The notes under the pieces were generated by a model. It saw nothing but the letters and a program-made list of their open reading frames with translations. It ran no database searches and had not been told where the DNA came from. A program made the translations under genes and the position numbers. A stretch of DNA of 64,000 nucleotides, taken from NCBI GenBank assembly GCA_951804945.1, contig OX638149.1:95356001-95420000 (forward strand). The letters are read 5' to 3'. Origin of the DNA: Podarcis cretensis (Eukaryota). Of this stretch, positions 11,608 through 23,819 are shown piece by piece (position 1 is the stretch's first letter; each line of letters opens with the position of its first letter).

Positions 11608-12262
11608 TTTGCATTTGAAGTACTACATGTACTTTGTGTACTACTTTCTACATGGAAATATTAAGTACATGGGAAATAACCAGTTCTCCCCTCCACATGC
11701 CCCCATCACTACAAATTTATCTCTTCCCCTTCTTCATCTCTCTAACACATATACACACACACAGTTAAAGTGATATAATCCTAGAGGGTGAACAGCATAC
11801 TTCCCTCTACCACCCTAAACATGTATACCAGCTCTCATGTGTACTATTATTTTCAAGAAAAACTTAGACAACAAAGTTAATTGCCCACAATTTTGGTACA
11901 TAGCATGGCCCATTGTCACCAAATGGGTGCTGGCTGGTGATACTTGGATTAGATTAATTGCAGGTTTTGTGGGAGCAAGAGGAATTAGGGCTAAAATTTT
12001 GGGAGGAGTGGAGTTAGCGTCCCTGTCCCAACCATTTCCCCACCCCTCCAACCTGCCATTTATCCTGCAGAGTAAAGCATACAAGTACAGGATCAGATTC
12101 TAGATCTCTGGCAGTCTCTAATAGTTGTGTCCTAATACATGTCCATCAGTTCTCCTGTACCCATGACTGCACTAGGAAACACTCTCTGTGTGTTTTAAGA
12201 AACCCTCTTTCGCGTGCTTTGCAATGCAACTCTCCTGATTTTGCTCCCCGCCTACACTCCAG

Positions 12263-12394
12263 GTGTCCCTGCAGCCCCAAATCGCCCTATTGCTCAGGAA
12301 AGAAGCTGCACCTCAGTGATTCTTCGCTGGCTGCCTCCATCCAGTACAGGGAACTGCACCATTTCAGGTTACACAGTGGAGTACAGAGAAGAAG
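12263..12394 (+). CDS. KALRN: Kalirin FN3 domain, first exon (GVPAAPNRPIAQERSCTSVILRWLPP...YREE)
   Basis: ccag|GTGTC ... GAAG|gtatat; FN3 W and Y motifs. Confidence 0.96.
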
Positions 12395-13209
12395 GTATAT
12401 GCTTAAACTCATAATACACCTTTGGTCTGCAACTGATTGTAATAGGATGATCCAGGTTGTTGTGCGGAACTGCTAGGCTGAGCTAATAGGCTTCGGTGCC
12501 TTTTAATTTGGGGTGTTGCCTATCCTGCCTCTTTCTGCTAGGGTTGTCTGGTGCAAATGGGAGGTTGTGAGCAAGTTAGCAGCAGTGGCTTCGCCATTAC
12601 CTTTCCCTCCCATCTGCAAGTGGGGCAAGTCGTGTCCCGTGGCAGGCAGGAGAATACAGGTGAGCAGAACTGGCTTGAGGTTTTGGGAGCCCTTCGGTAA
12701 GAAGCTGAAGGGATGTTCTCTTTCTGTGCCATTATTGGGAAACATTGGTTCTCTCAGAAGCCCTAGTGACCTCTTTCCTCCCTGCTACTACCCACTTGCA
12801 CACTCTCTCTTTCTCTGCCAGCAAGTGAGCAGGCAGTGGCAATTGCTGCTCCTTCCCTTCACTCCCATGGCTTCTTTGCACTGCCTGCTATGGGCCAGTG
12901 GGTGGCAATGGCAAGAGAAGCAACAGCAGGGCCAGGTTCTTCTGCTGTTCAGCAGTGGACCTCCAGCTTAACCATGGGCCTCTGAGGATGCAAGTGCAAG
13001 TAGAGCAAGGGAGCACCAGTTTTACATGGGGTTGCCAGCCTATTTAAGTGAAAGGCAAAACCTATGGACTTGATCTGGCAAGCCTGTTTTCAGTCATCCT
13101 GGCTCTCACAGTCCAGATGTGAAGGGTTCTTCAACTGGTGGTGATCACCACACTGGTCCATACACCTGACAAAGACCAGTGAAAAATGCATGACCAGCAT
13201 GCTGCAATA

Positions 13210-13535
13210 AGCTGGGGGAAGGAACCTCAGGCTCATAGACCAAATGTGGCCCTCCAGGCCTTTCTGTCTAGCCCTCAAGCAAGACTCCTAGGCAGCACAC
13301 CTCACTGCCCCTACTTCCTGCCTCTCTCGAGTGTTTTTTGCCTGGCTAGAATGCATTGTTGAACTCTGAGAATGCCTCTTGCTTGCCGGGATGGAGGACA
13401 AAGAGGAATGTTTGCATGTGTGTAGAAACTAGCCTATTGTACATTTTACATTTAATGGTTCTTCCCACTTTTGCCTCTGGCACTGCCCACCACTGGCATG
13501 TGGCTGCCAGAAGATTGCCCAGAAGAGAATGGGTA
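13210..13535 (+). mobile_element. Old interspersed repeat, probably a hAT-type non-autonomous element; second copy at about 36362-36680
   Basis: Shared blocks ggaacctcag, tttgcctggct, ttgaactctga-aatgcct-ttgcttg, ctagccta, ccacc-ctggcatg in the same order in both copies. Confidence 0.65.
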
Positions 13536-14069
13536 GTAATTTGAAGTTCTTAACAGCTGGCTCTGAAGTGGTAGAACAGACCATACTGCTTCAGTCCACA
13601 GAGGATGAAGAGTATTACTCAATACTTTCCTGTGCAAATTTTATTTATTTATGTATTTATTCAACTCCCTACCAATAGAAAATAAAGTTCTAATGATTTC
13701 CCCATTGCACTAGTTTTCCACTTGGAATGTTTTTTTTAATATGGTGTTCAGAAATAATGTCTCTTACCTCTAGTCTAATATGGTATAGACCATTCTACAA
13801 CATCACACTACTGCATGTTTAAATCAGACAACACAAGAAGACAAAGTGGTTGCTACTTTTCTTAGCTTTTTTTTTTAAGCACAGGAGACTTCTAAAAGAA
13901 TCTGTATTTCTTTCCTTTTTTTATCAATTAGGGCCAGATTAAGGCTTAGTCTCAGTGTGGTGCGGTGGAGGGGAAGAGTCAGTAAGGCACAGCATCCTCC
14001 CTTCTCTAAAATCTATAGTCATGTTCTTTTAAAAAATGTTATCTTAATCTCTCTCTGCATAACCCATAG

Positions 14070-14234
14070 GCTCACAGGTCTGGCAGCAGTCTGTTGCCTC
14101 CACCTTGGACACCTACCTCGTTATTGAAGATCTCACACCTGGATGCCAATATCAGTTCCGAGTCAGCGCCAGCAACCCCTGGGGAATCAGTTTGCCCAGC
14201 GAGGCCTCTGAATTTGTGAAACTTCCAGAATACG
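14070..14234 (+). CDS. KALRN: Kalirin FN3 domain, second exon (GSQVWQQSVASTLDTYLVIEDLTPGCQYQFRVSASNPWGIS...EY)
   Basis: tag|GCTCA ... TACG|gtgaga; LxPGxxYxFRVxA motif. Confidence 0.96.
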
Positions 14235-14640
14235 GTGAGAACATGGTCAAAAAGGGAAGGATACTAATTTTCAGAAGAAATAATATTAGAACTTGTGGGT
14301 CAGAGTTCTGCTTCAAAAGCTACAGTTTGTTTGATTATCAAGCTTCTTGTTGGCATTTTGTACTCAACTATAGATATCTGAGGGCAACGTATATATGATT
14401 GTGTCTTTTCCGATCAGCACACATGTATTTAGATCAGCTGTTTTGTTTTGTTTTGTTTTGTTTTCAAGGCATAATCTTTAGGATCCGGGTGCACATTCGG
14501 TGGCATGCCATCTGCTTGCTTGTCAAGGCTCTCGCATGATTTTCTTTCTTTAAACTTTTCCCTTTGTATTACTGATGTGTAATAAAGACTATAATTAGCA
14601 TTGCAACCAACTCTATTTCCCCATCCTCTGGGTTTCACAG

Positions 14641-14719
14641 ACTCTGCAGCAGATGGAGCCACCGTGACCTGGAAAGAGAACTTTGATTTCGCCTACACAG
14701 AACTGAATGAGATTGGAAG
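14641..14719 (+). CDS. KALRN: Kalirin exon entering the kinase domain (DSAADGATVTWKENFDFAYTELNEIG)
   Basis: cacag|ACTCT ... GGAAG|gtgaat; phases consistent. Confidence 0.95.
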
Positions 14720-14868
14720 GTGAATTATTTCACTAAATGAGATTGGAATCAATTATTTTACTAAAATACACAAGCCAGGTGTTAAAAGTGTTTCTTTTAA
14801 GTTATCTGTTAAGGCAGTGGGTGCATGATTTAGGAATGAATAATGCTTATTATCATTTCTCTCCACAG

Positions 14869-15069
14869 GGGCCGATTTGCTGTTGTAAAGAAATGTATCC
14901 ACAAAGCCACCAGGAAGGATGTTGCAGTGAAGTTCATCAATAAAAAAATGAAGAAGGAAGAGCAGGCAGCACACGAGGCGGCCATGTTGCAACATTTGCA
15001 GCATCCTCAGTATATCACTATTCATGACACCTATGAGTCACCCTCCTCCTATATATTAATTTTAGAACT
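14869..15069 (+). CDS. KALRN: Kalirin kinase N-lobe exon (RGRFAVVKKC...VAVKF...ILE)
   Basis: cag|GGGCC ... GAACT|gtaagt; glycine loop and VAVK lysine. Confidence 0.97.
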
Positions 15070-15482
15070 GTAAGTCTTTTGATGGAAGCTAAACTTCTTG
15101 TTTGTTATACTGAGGGAATTCTCCATCTTTGCAATCACACATTTCATGATTGTAATGAAAATGATTTCATTTCCCCATGAAAAGAGCAATATTTCAGATG
15201 ACTGTGAATGTCAGATTCACACAATCCAGTATGTGCATTGGCCAGGGGGGTAGGGGTGGGCATAATAAGTCAGTGTGAAGTAGCAATGCACTTAAATAAA
15301 GAGTCCTATACTGTATTTAAAATGAGATAGCCCTTATTACACTGCAATATATAAGTATTTTATTTATTGCTTTTTAAAAATGCCACTTCCATTATAAGGT
15401 GTTAGTCGCATGTTTGAAGTATTAGCAAGAGTTTGTCATTATGCTAGATTTCTTTTCTCAGTGCATAATTGTTGGCTTTTAG

Positions 15483-15621
15483 GATGGATGATGGCCGTCT
15501 CTTGGACTACTTAATGAATCATGATGAATTGATGGAGGAGAAAGTAGCTTTTTACATAAGAGACACAATGGAAGCCTTACAGTACCTTCACAACTGCCGA
15601 GTCGCTCATTTGGATATAAAG
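15483..15621 (+). CDS. KALRN: Kalirin kinase exon (LMDDGRLLDYL...VAHLDIK)
   Basis: ttag|GATGG ... AAAG|gtagga; HLDIK catalytic loop. Confidence 0.97.
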
Positions 15622-16802
15622 GTAGGAAGCTTGTGTATATCTCTCTCTATCATGGTGAATTCCAAGCATTCAGTCTATTCTAAATTCGGGTGAAGAGACA
15701 ATCTACCTATAATGAAAACACTTAAAAGTACCTGCTTTATGTCACTAATCTGTCCTTCTTTCAACTACTTCTTTATAGCCATATTTGTGATGAAGGCATC
15801 TGGTCCAAATTTCAATAAAAATTCCAAGCAGTTCTGAGAATTCACTTACAGGATGTCATTTTTTCTGTTTTAATATCTTGTCATTAACAAATGACATATA
15901 ACCAGTGCCTTTTTTCTTTCAAAAAAAAAGCCTTTAGGGTTACTCTCATTTTGACTCAAGAAAATCACCATTTTATAGTTCAAATTGGGAAAAATAAATA
16001 CATTAAAGTGCAAAACTTCACAAAATGTTTCGGGGTATGCATACCCCTGCATCCCCTCAGAAAAAAATAACTGCGTATAACTCACATACATCTTCAATGT
16101 TTTCCCACAAAGATCCAACATGCCAGTTCTTTCCTTCCTTTCATACAAAAGCTCCTTGTTGAAAAATGTGCAATTGGGGGGGGGTGGAGGGGGATGATGA
16201 GATCTCATTTCATTTGTCCACATAACTTTGCTTATACCTTGATAGAGATGTAAACATAAAGCTAATTTATATGTTGCTTACATGAAGCTTAAATCCTTCC
16301 TTAGACTGGCTCAGATAGTTGTGAAAGATGGATACTTCAGCAACATATGCACATGGAATAAGCAGTGCAACAGAGGCTTATTCTTGTTTTTTAGTGAAAT
16401 GGCCTGAGTAACCAGACTGTCTACATGTCTGCACTGCAACTCAAAACATACACAGTGTTGGCTCATAGCAGTTTTGTTGCCTCTTCTGCTTAACTAGGTT
16501 TTTTCTCAAACTACTACTCAGACATGAACTTATATCTGCATAAATCTAAGATGTAAAATATTTTCTGTAAGGTTGTACATGATGCTTGCCATTCACCCAC
16601 CTCTACCTAGTGGGCAGTTGTGGCCTGTACATCTTACAGGCTGGCCTCCTGTAGTGCCTTTTGTTTTAAACATCATTGTACTCCAATGTACACAAGTTTC
16701 AAAATGTCTCTATCCTTCAGCTGGTATCCATTGAAACCTTTCACTCAAGTTTGTGCATTGTGCATGGTGTTTTGCTGGGTGGTCAATCTAATATTATAAT
16801 TA

Positions 16803-16870
16803 AGGCTGCAATCCTCTATACATGAAAGTAAGGCCTATTGAACACAGTGGAACTTACTTCTGAGCAAATA
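16803..16870. repeat. Short interspersed repeat (ggctgcaatcc...cctattgaa...acttacttctgag); relatives at about 19985-20056 and, inverted, 58510-58592
   Basis: Recurring motif order in three places; element class not determined. Confidence 0.5.
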
Positions 16871-17184
16871 TTCACTGAAATGCTCTGTAAGTACCAAAAT
16901 GTAAAGCCTCCAAACTAGCTGAGCAAATACTTATAGTACTTACTTGGGACATACGTGTGTTCTGAAGAAGTGCCAGCACATACATTGTTGGTACATTTTT
17001 TTCCTTAACAGGAAAAGCAAAAGAATGTATGATCTGAAGGACCACAGGAACCACATATACACTGTCCTGGGTTCTGTGGTGGAAGGCAGGCAGGCTGTAA
17101 ATGTGATAAATGTTGGCTTAAACTGATTTATAATACAAAAGCAATGAACAATGGAACCTTTTTTTTTATCCTTGCTCTCCACAG

Positions 17185-17730
17185 CCAGAAAATTTGCTCA
17201 TTGATTTGCGGATCCCGGTGCCTCGCGTTAAGCTAATAGACCTGGAAGATGCTGTTCAAATCACTGGCCATTACCATGTTCATCATCTCCTTGGAAACCC
17301 TGAATTTGCTGCTCCAGAAGTTATCCAAGGTGCTCCTGTTTCACTGGGCACAGATATTTGGAGCCTGGGTGTGCTCACCTATGTCATGCTGAGTGGTGTG
17401 TCCCCCTTTCTGGATGAAAGCAGGGAGGAGACTTGCATCAATGTGTGCCGAGTGGACTTCAGCTTTCCCAGTGAGTACTTCTGTGATGTAAGCCATGCTG
17501 CCAGAGACTTCATCACTGTCATCCTTCAGGAAGACTTCAGGAGGAGGCCAACAGCAGCCACTTGTCTGCAGCACCCTTGGCTGCAGTTTCACAACGGCAG
17601 CTATTCCAAAATCCCACTGGATACCTCACGCCTATCCAGCTTCATTGAACGCCGCAAGCACCAGTTTGATGTGCGGCCAATTCCCAATGTTAAGAGTTTC
17701 ATAATGAGCAGGATGAACCCAGGAATATAA
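17185..17730 (+). CDS. KALRN: Kalirin terminal coding exon (PENLLIDL...DLE...APE...NPGI*)
   Basis: acag|CCAGAA; kinase C-lobe; TAA at 17728-17730. The ten exons sum to 1644 nt (548 codons). Confidence 0.97.
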   Translation, partial: PENLLIDLRIPVPRVKLIDLEDAVQITGHYHVHHLLGNPEFAAPEVIQGAPVSLGTDIWSLGVLTYVMLSGVSPFLDESREETCINVCRVDFSFPSEYFCDVSHAARDFITVILQEDFRRRPTAATCLQHPWLQFHNGSYSKIPLDTSRLSSFIERRKHQFDVRPIPNVKSFIMSRMNPGI

Positions 17731-20700
17731 TGCAATACAAGTACCTTGATTTGACACTGAAGCACCGTGGCGTGTGAAAAGAGAGAAGGTGGAATCTCTC
17801 TCTTTATGTCTGTGTAAAGTATTCTAGTTGATGTGATGTCAAAGAAAGTGTATGTACTTTTCCAGCAGTTGCATTATCTAACTGGTTAGAACTAGAGGCT
17901 TTCTGATGTTGCATATGCAACTCCTCGCGTGACTTATCTTGCAATGATGAAGTCATGTCAAATACAGAAGAATATTTTAGAAAAATACATCATTTGAAAA
18001 TGGTAACCAAAACACCATTGCCTTACTTTTGAAAGGCAGCCTTCTAAAAGACCTGGACACCCTTGCTGATCTTATTAAACTTTAACTCATGTATTTGAAA
18101 GGCAACGGAAAGTAAAGAAATAAAACTAGGCTGACCCTCCACAGCCAGCATTTCCTGAAACAACAACACTGGACTGGATTTGAGATTTTGCAGAAATAGT
18201 TGCTCCTCAAGTCCTAATGAAGCTCTGTTTCACTAGGAGAATTCCATTTGTCTTCAATAAGAATTAACCTTGTGGCAGAATTGTTTTTTTATGGCCCTTG
18301 TGCTATCATAATGTCAGCTTTGCCTGTAAAGTGACTTAGGTATGCCGTATTGGTCAGGATCATAGTATACCTTTGTCAAAAGTCCTTTGGATTCTCCAGC
18401 ATTCACATGTTCAAAGCTAACATACTGTAAAGTAGCAATGTGCTACGGCTAAGATGGTAAATTCACTGGAACAAAAAATGTTTTGATGAAGCACAATGAG
18501 ACATTTTTTAAAGTAAATTTTTATAGCTCTTGTACAGACTTTTTTGTGAAACCTGTGTGTTGAGAAAAGGCTATGTTACAATAATTACTGTTATCTGTAA
18601 ACTAGATGTCAAAGACTTTTTCTATTGCAGAATGTTTGTTGAATTCTCATATAGTCTGTAAAATGAAAAGGAATCTTATTCCTTTTTCAGTTTTAAAAGT
18701 TGATCAGTTGTGAAATCAATCCAAAGTTGGCCAAAGTGTGGTAAACATAGTGGGTCCATCCTTACAATTATTGCTTCAAAATTAGTCTTGATGTGTGAGA
18801 CTGGTAGTTTACTGCATATTTGTACACATGCATCTCTCTTCCTAGCTCCAGAATCCTAACTTCTATGCTAGCATATTTGTTCCATCCCAAACTCTGGTGT
18901 TAAATAACAATTCAAAAAAGACTATTAATATAAAAAGTCATTGTAATGGTCCATTATTGTGCACTAAACACGCCACTAACTTAATAGCCCCTTATAAATC
19001 ATCAAAGTATTTTCAAACTAAGAAGCTTTTGAATAGTTCCAAATTGCAGTTATCTCAAATTAATATTGTAAGAACTAGTCCAGCTTTTCACACCAAGAGG
19101 AATTTAGTGCCAAAACAGTGACTGACCATATCCTAATCATTTAGAAATCAATCAGCAATTCATAGTTAACTTTTTCCTCTATCCCACCAACTAATCTTCT
19201 ATAAACTCTGCAGTGTGGCAATGGACCTAGTAATAATCAAAGGCATGGTGAGCTCTCTCATTTTGCCTGTTCAGTTGGCATCCATTTGTTGAACACAATA
19301 TACTAATGGTTCTGGCACATCTTTTAGTCACTTGTGTCCTAAGTAGCTGTCAGGATTAGGCAACCTGGTAGCCAAGTGACAAGGGTTCTGTAGCCTCTCA
19401 GTGGCACCTAACATATTATATTAACTTGGAGTATTTTACCGTTTTCTCCTTTCTCTTGCCCAAAACCTCAAACAGATCAAATCAGGAGCTGTAAATGTTC
19501 TTGCTACAGTGAGAGTAATAAGAAAGGTGGTGAACACACTGATGTCTGGTGAACCAAGAAACAAGCCAACAAATCAGTACAGAAAAGGAGAAAGGTACTT
19601 GACTTAGATTTTCTGGCTAGAAAATGTGGTTCAACAAAGCAAAGGGCCTTTCCATAGGGAAAGAAGCTGATGTCCTTTAACTTTTCAATGAAGTGTTTTT
19701 TTCCTGCTATTTTTTAATCAAGAGGTTTGTTATACTATGAACATGCAGTGATCATCCAACCCACTGTTATAATAAGGAATGTGGAGATAGGATCAACTCT
19801 TGAGGTTCCTTTTAGTTGCTACAATTTCCTCAAGGCACTGACAATCATCCAGAGGCAGAGCATATCGGCTCAGGTATAAACGACGGCCAAGATCCAGCCC
19901 AAGTTACCCATGGCGGAATCCCACTGTAATCAATGGAAGATATTAGTCACAACTAAGTAGTCCCAGTGGCTTCAGTGTGACCTAGGCTAGCTACAATCCT
20001 ATGCATACTTAATGGAAAGCTAGTTCCGCTGAAGACAGTGGGTACTTCCTTCCGAGCATGGGCAGCCCAAAACATGTTGATGTCAGAGGCAAAGGGACAA
20101 GATGGTGTCTTTCCCCATTCTATGTACAAAAGCCAAGGAGACTTCAGCTCTGTTGATGGGGCAGCATCCTCCACTGCACCCGAGTGCCGTGAGCTAGTTC
20201 AGGGATGAATTACAGGCCATGCGACACAAACAGTTGTGTTTCCATGCTTTCAGCATCTGCGCAAGGTGGCTTCTTCACATTACACGATAACAATTGAGCC
20301 AGCGCTGCTTCTGAATAAACATACGTAACATAGTGAGACCAGACTGCATGTCATGGATCACTTCACTGGAACCAAGGACAACCTCAGTAAAGCATCACAA
20401 CTTTTAGATATGATAAAATAAATAGATGTGGATCTTTGCCACATCTCCTTGTTCTTTCCAGCTGCAGTAGCCGCATCAAAAATGCCTATCTACTTTCTAG
20501 TTCTGTTCTTCTACATATACGTGGAAGAGTGACTGTCAAAATGTGTACCTACTTTTGGTTATTTTATTTGTGATTCTGGGGAAATGCAAAAGAGATTACT
20601 TAAGCATCCTTGAAGAAGAAACCTCTATGGTACATTTAAATCCCTATGGAATAATCACCTATGGGGGAAAAATACCTGAATCTGTGGCAAGCAAATAGGC

Positions 20701-21905
20701 AGGATTTAAGACAAGGACTGACTGCTGTTTTATCGTGAAGTCTTGAGAGTTGTTTTCTCAGGCATAAAACAGTTTTTGCTTCAAAGGGCTTTGTAATGTG
20801 AATGTAAAATCTACATTGAACCAGAATACCATGGATGTCTTATCTTCTGCAGCAACATCAATAACATCCAAGAGGCTCAAATGTCATTTAGGCATTATGT
20901 GTGACAATTCCTGGAATCTTGCTTTTAATCTTTTGTAACAAAGCAACTTAAGACTGGCTGCATATCTCTGTGTACATGTGTGCCCTTCATCCTCTGCTGA
21001 TTTTGTTGGATATGTCATCTGCAGCCAGTAGTTGTATGCAACAAAGTGTGACTAGCCACGGTTTGGGACCATTGGATTGTAACTAGGTCTCCGAGGAATA
21101 TGTGTGCCATTGCATGGACAACATCTTTCCTATCCATTTGTAGAAGAAAATCCTCCACAGGGCTCTGGTTTCTCCCCAAAGCTGATTGTTTATGGACTGA
21201 CACATCAGAAAATGGTGCTTTCCTAAGAGAATAAATGTCAGATCCCTTTTTTTTTGGCTCCCCAAGCTGTCCAATATCAAACTGCTTCTAGAATCGTTAT
21301 ACTAGTGACTGTTAATATGCCAGGATTCTGTAATTTCTCAGCTTTATACTCTGAAGCTAGTAGTAACAAACATCTTTTCTACTTAAGCCATATCTTATCC
21401 TTATGCTCTCTTTTTCAGTGCTGGTGCTTTTGCATCTTTCTGTCAAACCATTGAGTCTGCTTTTGCTAGCATGTCACTTCAACAGTATACTACTGAAAAA
21501 TAAGGTCAGACATGTAAAGGGCACAGCAGACTACTAAAAACACACTTTTAAAAATATTTGCAACAATCATTTCTGTGGTGGTGGTGGTGGTGTGGTAGGG
21601 ATTGTATTAAGAGCTTAAAAAATTTCAAGGTGCAAACGAATTCCACAGCCTTAATCATTTTCAGTCTTTTGCTGGTCTGCCTTAAGTGTTATCTCATTAT
21701 TTTATTATTGATTTTGTTTTGTATGCATATGTGTTTTCTAAAACATTTTGTAAATATTTTATTTATACTTCTGATTCTTCATGTGTAATGTTGTAAAGTG
21801 ATTTCCTGCTGTCACATGTTCTTACTCTTCTGCAGTATATATAAATATATATGTTATCTACAGATGATAAAATCTACATTTTAGGCTATTGCCTTCCTTA
21901 TAAAT
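17731..21905 (+). other. KALRN: Probable long KALRN 3' UTR (end approximate)
   Basis: AATAAA at 18119, 20314, 20417 and 21230; AU-rich block at 21700-21905 with TGTAAATA at 21749. The true end cannot be determined from sequence. Confidence 0.45.
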
Positions 21906-22264
21906 ACAATATACAAAAGATTCAAGTATGGGATTTTTATTTTTTAATGTAAAAGCAATTCTGCTGATAAAATCAATTAAGACGGATATTATAAAGACAA
22001 GCTTTTATTTTGACTTATATGACACTGTATAGTATGGGGAGAGAACACAGGAGAAGAAATTGTGAGAGCTGCCTGCCATGTAAAGCCTTTAGATACAGCT
22101 GAAAAGTAAGGGGGGGTGCTTAATGAAAGTCCGTTATCTATACTACTTTTCTTCCCTAAAAAATAGGATTTATAATTTGACATATGTGCTTTAAGACTGT
22201 AATATGAACCTTGAAATAATGAGAATTGATTAGCTCTACTGTGGAGAATTGATTAGCTCTACTA

Positions 22265-22633
22265 GGGGACGCAGGTGGCGCTGTGGGTTAAAGCCTCAGC
22301 GCCTAGGACTTGCCGATCGAAAGGTCGGTGGTTCGAATCCCTGCGGCGGGGTGCGCTCCCGCTGCTCGGTCCCAGCGCCTGCCAACCTAGCAGTTCGAAA
22401 GCACCTCCGGGTGCAAGTAGATAAATAGGGACCGCTTACCAGCGGGAAGGTAAACGGCGTTTCCGTGTGCGGCTCTGGCTCTGGCCAGAGCAGTGATGTC
22501 ACGCTGGCCACGTGACCCGGAAGTGTCTCCGGACAGCGCTGGCCCCTGGCCTCTTAAGTGAGATGGGCGCACAACCCCAGAGTCTGTCAAGACTGGCCCG
22601 TACGGGCAGGGGTACCTTTACCTTTACCTTTAC
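22265..22633 (+). mobile_element. Full-length young Sauria-type SINE, second copy
   Basis: Near-identical to the reverse complement of 3655-4024 (about 4 substitutions and one small indel by eye); A and B boxes; (ACCTTT)3 tail. Confidence 0.93.
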
Positions 22634-23369
22634 TGTGTTCGGGCAAATTCGATTTTGATATTGCTAACACTACCTTTAAAAAAAATACAAATTTTGCTAC
22701 ATATCGCACACCAAAACTGTTAATTTCCTCTGGTCTATGTTGATCAGGCTACTCAGTGCTAAAGGTGGTAGTGTGTGACCCCGAACTTTTAGCAGAGCCT
22801 AAAGATTAAACGTCCGTAACAGAGGACGTCCTTAATGTGAGCAATGCCCGAGTTCTTACGAAGCGAGTAAATCCGAACGTGCTAGACGACCCTGCAGGTG
22901 ATTATTGGCTCCCAGGGGGGTGCGGCTGAAAATAAATACCGTAAATTAAAATAACTGAACTGAACTAACCAATTGCGTCACAGATAACTCGGTTCTGCCG
23001 CCTTCTCCAACAATTCCTGGCTACGGCCATGCTCCCAGGTCCTTAGTTGCACAAAAGTTCGAAACACATCTCAATCGGGAAAACCTGTAGTCCTTTCTTT
23101 AAAAAGTTATCCATCCCTGAGAAGCCCGAAGCTTCTCTTTCAAAATGGACCCTATTCAGTATTCTTCCGACGCAAATGTTGCTTCCAGTGTCGTTGTCAT
23201 GCCTCCATCCATCCTAGTGCTGCACTCCGAGGGATTTTTCCTTTGGCGATGGAGTTTTTATTCGGCTTTTGGACGCACAGGCGGCGCCCCCACTGCGAGT
23301 GCATGGCCCTCTTCTCGTACTCCCCTAAATTAAATGTACACACCGCTTTCCCCCTCAAACGCTCCAAGG

Positions 23370-23508
23370 CATGGGCGTAGCTAAGGGGGGCACCTGCCTC
23401 CCTCGATCAAGTAAAACAATAGAAATAACAAACTGACCAACCACGTCGGTCCTACCTCCCCCAACAAAAGTCCTGCCCCCCCCCAACATAAATCCTGTCT
23501 ACACCCAT
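23370..23508. mobile_element. Small MITE-like element upstream of UMPS; related partial copy at about 22910-23031
   Basis: Imperfect TIR ATGGGCGTAG ... CTACACCCAT. The upstream copy ends TCCTGGCTACGGCCATG and shares aactga-caa / tcgg-tct-cc. Confidence 0.55.
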
Positions 23509-23819
23509 CTCTCCTCTCCTGGGTAGCTCTATTCTGGAGACCGGGTTGGGGGGGTGGAGTCGCCGCTTTGTGCCTCCACACCAGTGTCTGCTAGGTGATG
23601 TCCACACGCGTCCACCCGGACACACGTGCACCAGAATATCCGTGTAGTAGTAGCACAAGCAACTGCAAAACAGCCTCCCTGCCTTCTCCGCGGAGCATAT
23701 ACAACCTTCACTCCTCCTCCGGTACCAATTGCACCCCCTTCTTTCCAAGCAAATAGCACCGGCTAGGATGCAAGAGAAACCCAGGTGCCACAAATACAAT
23801 AGTAGGTCCGGTTGGGTAA

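Noticed and set aside
12513-12971. 152-aa intronic ORF in KALRN
   Set aside because: GTG start, low-complexity composition, no recognisable homology and repeat-like GC-rich context.
17239-17250. DLE instead of DFG in the kinase activation segment
   Set aside because: From recall, human kalirin also has IDLEDAV, so this is a family trait rather than a lineage novelty or pseudogene sign.
22265-22345. tRNA genes suggested by A/B boxes (also at about 3950-4024, 48850-48920, 54144-54215 and 61181-61250)
   Set aside because: Each continues into a SINE body and tail, and none forms a complete cloverleaf.
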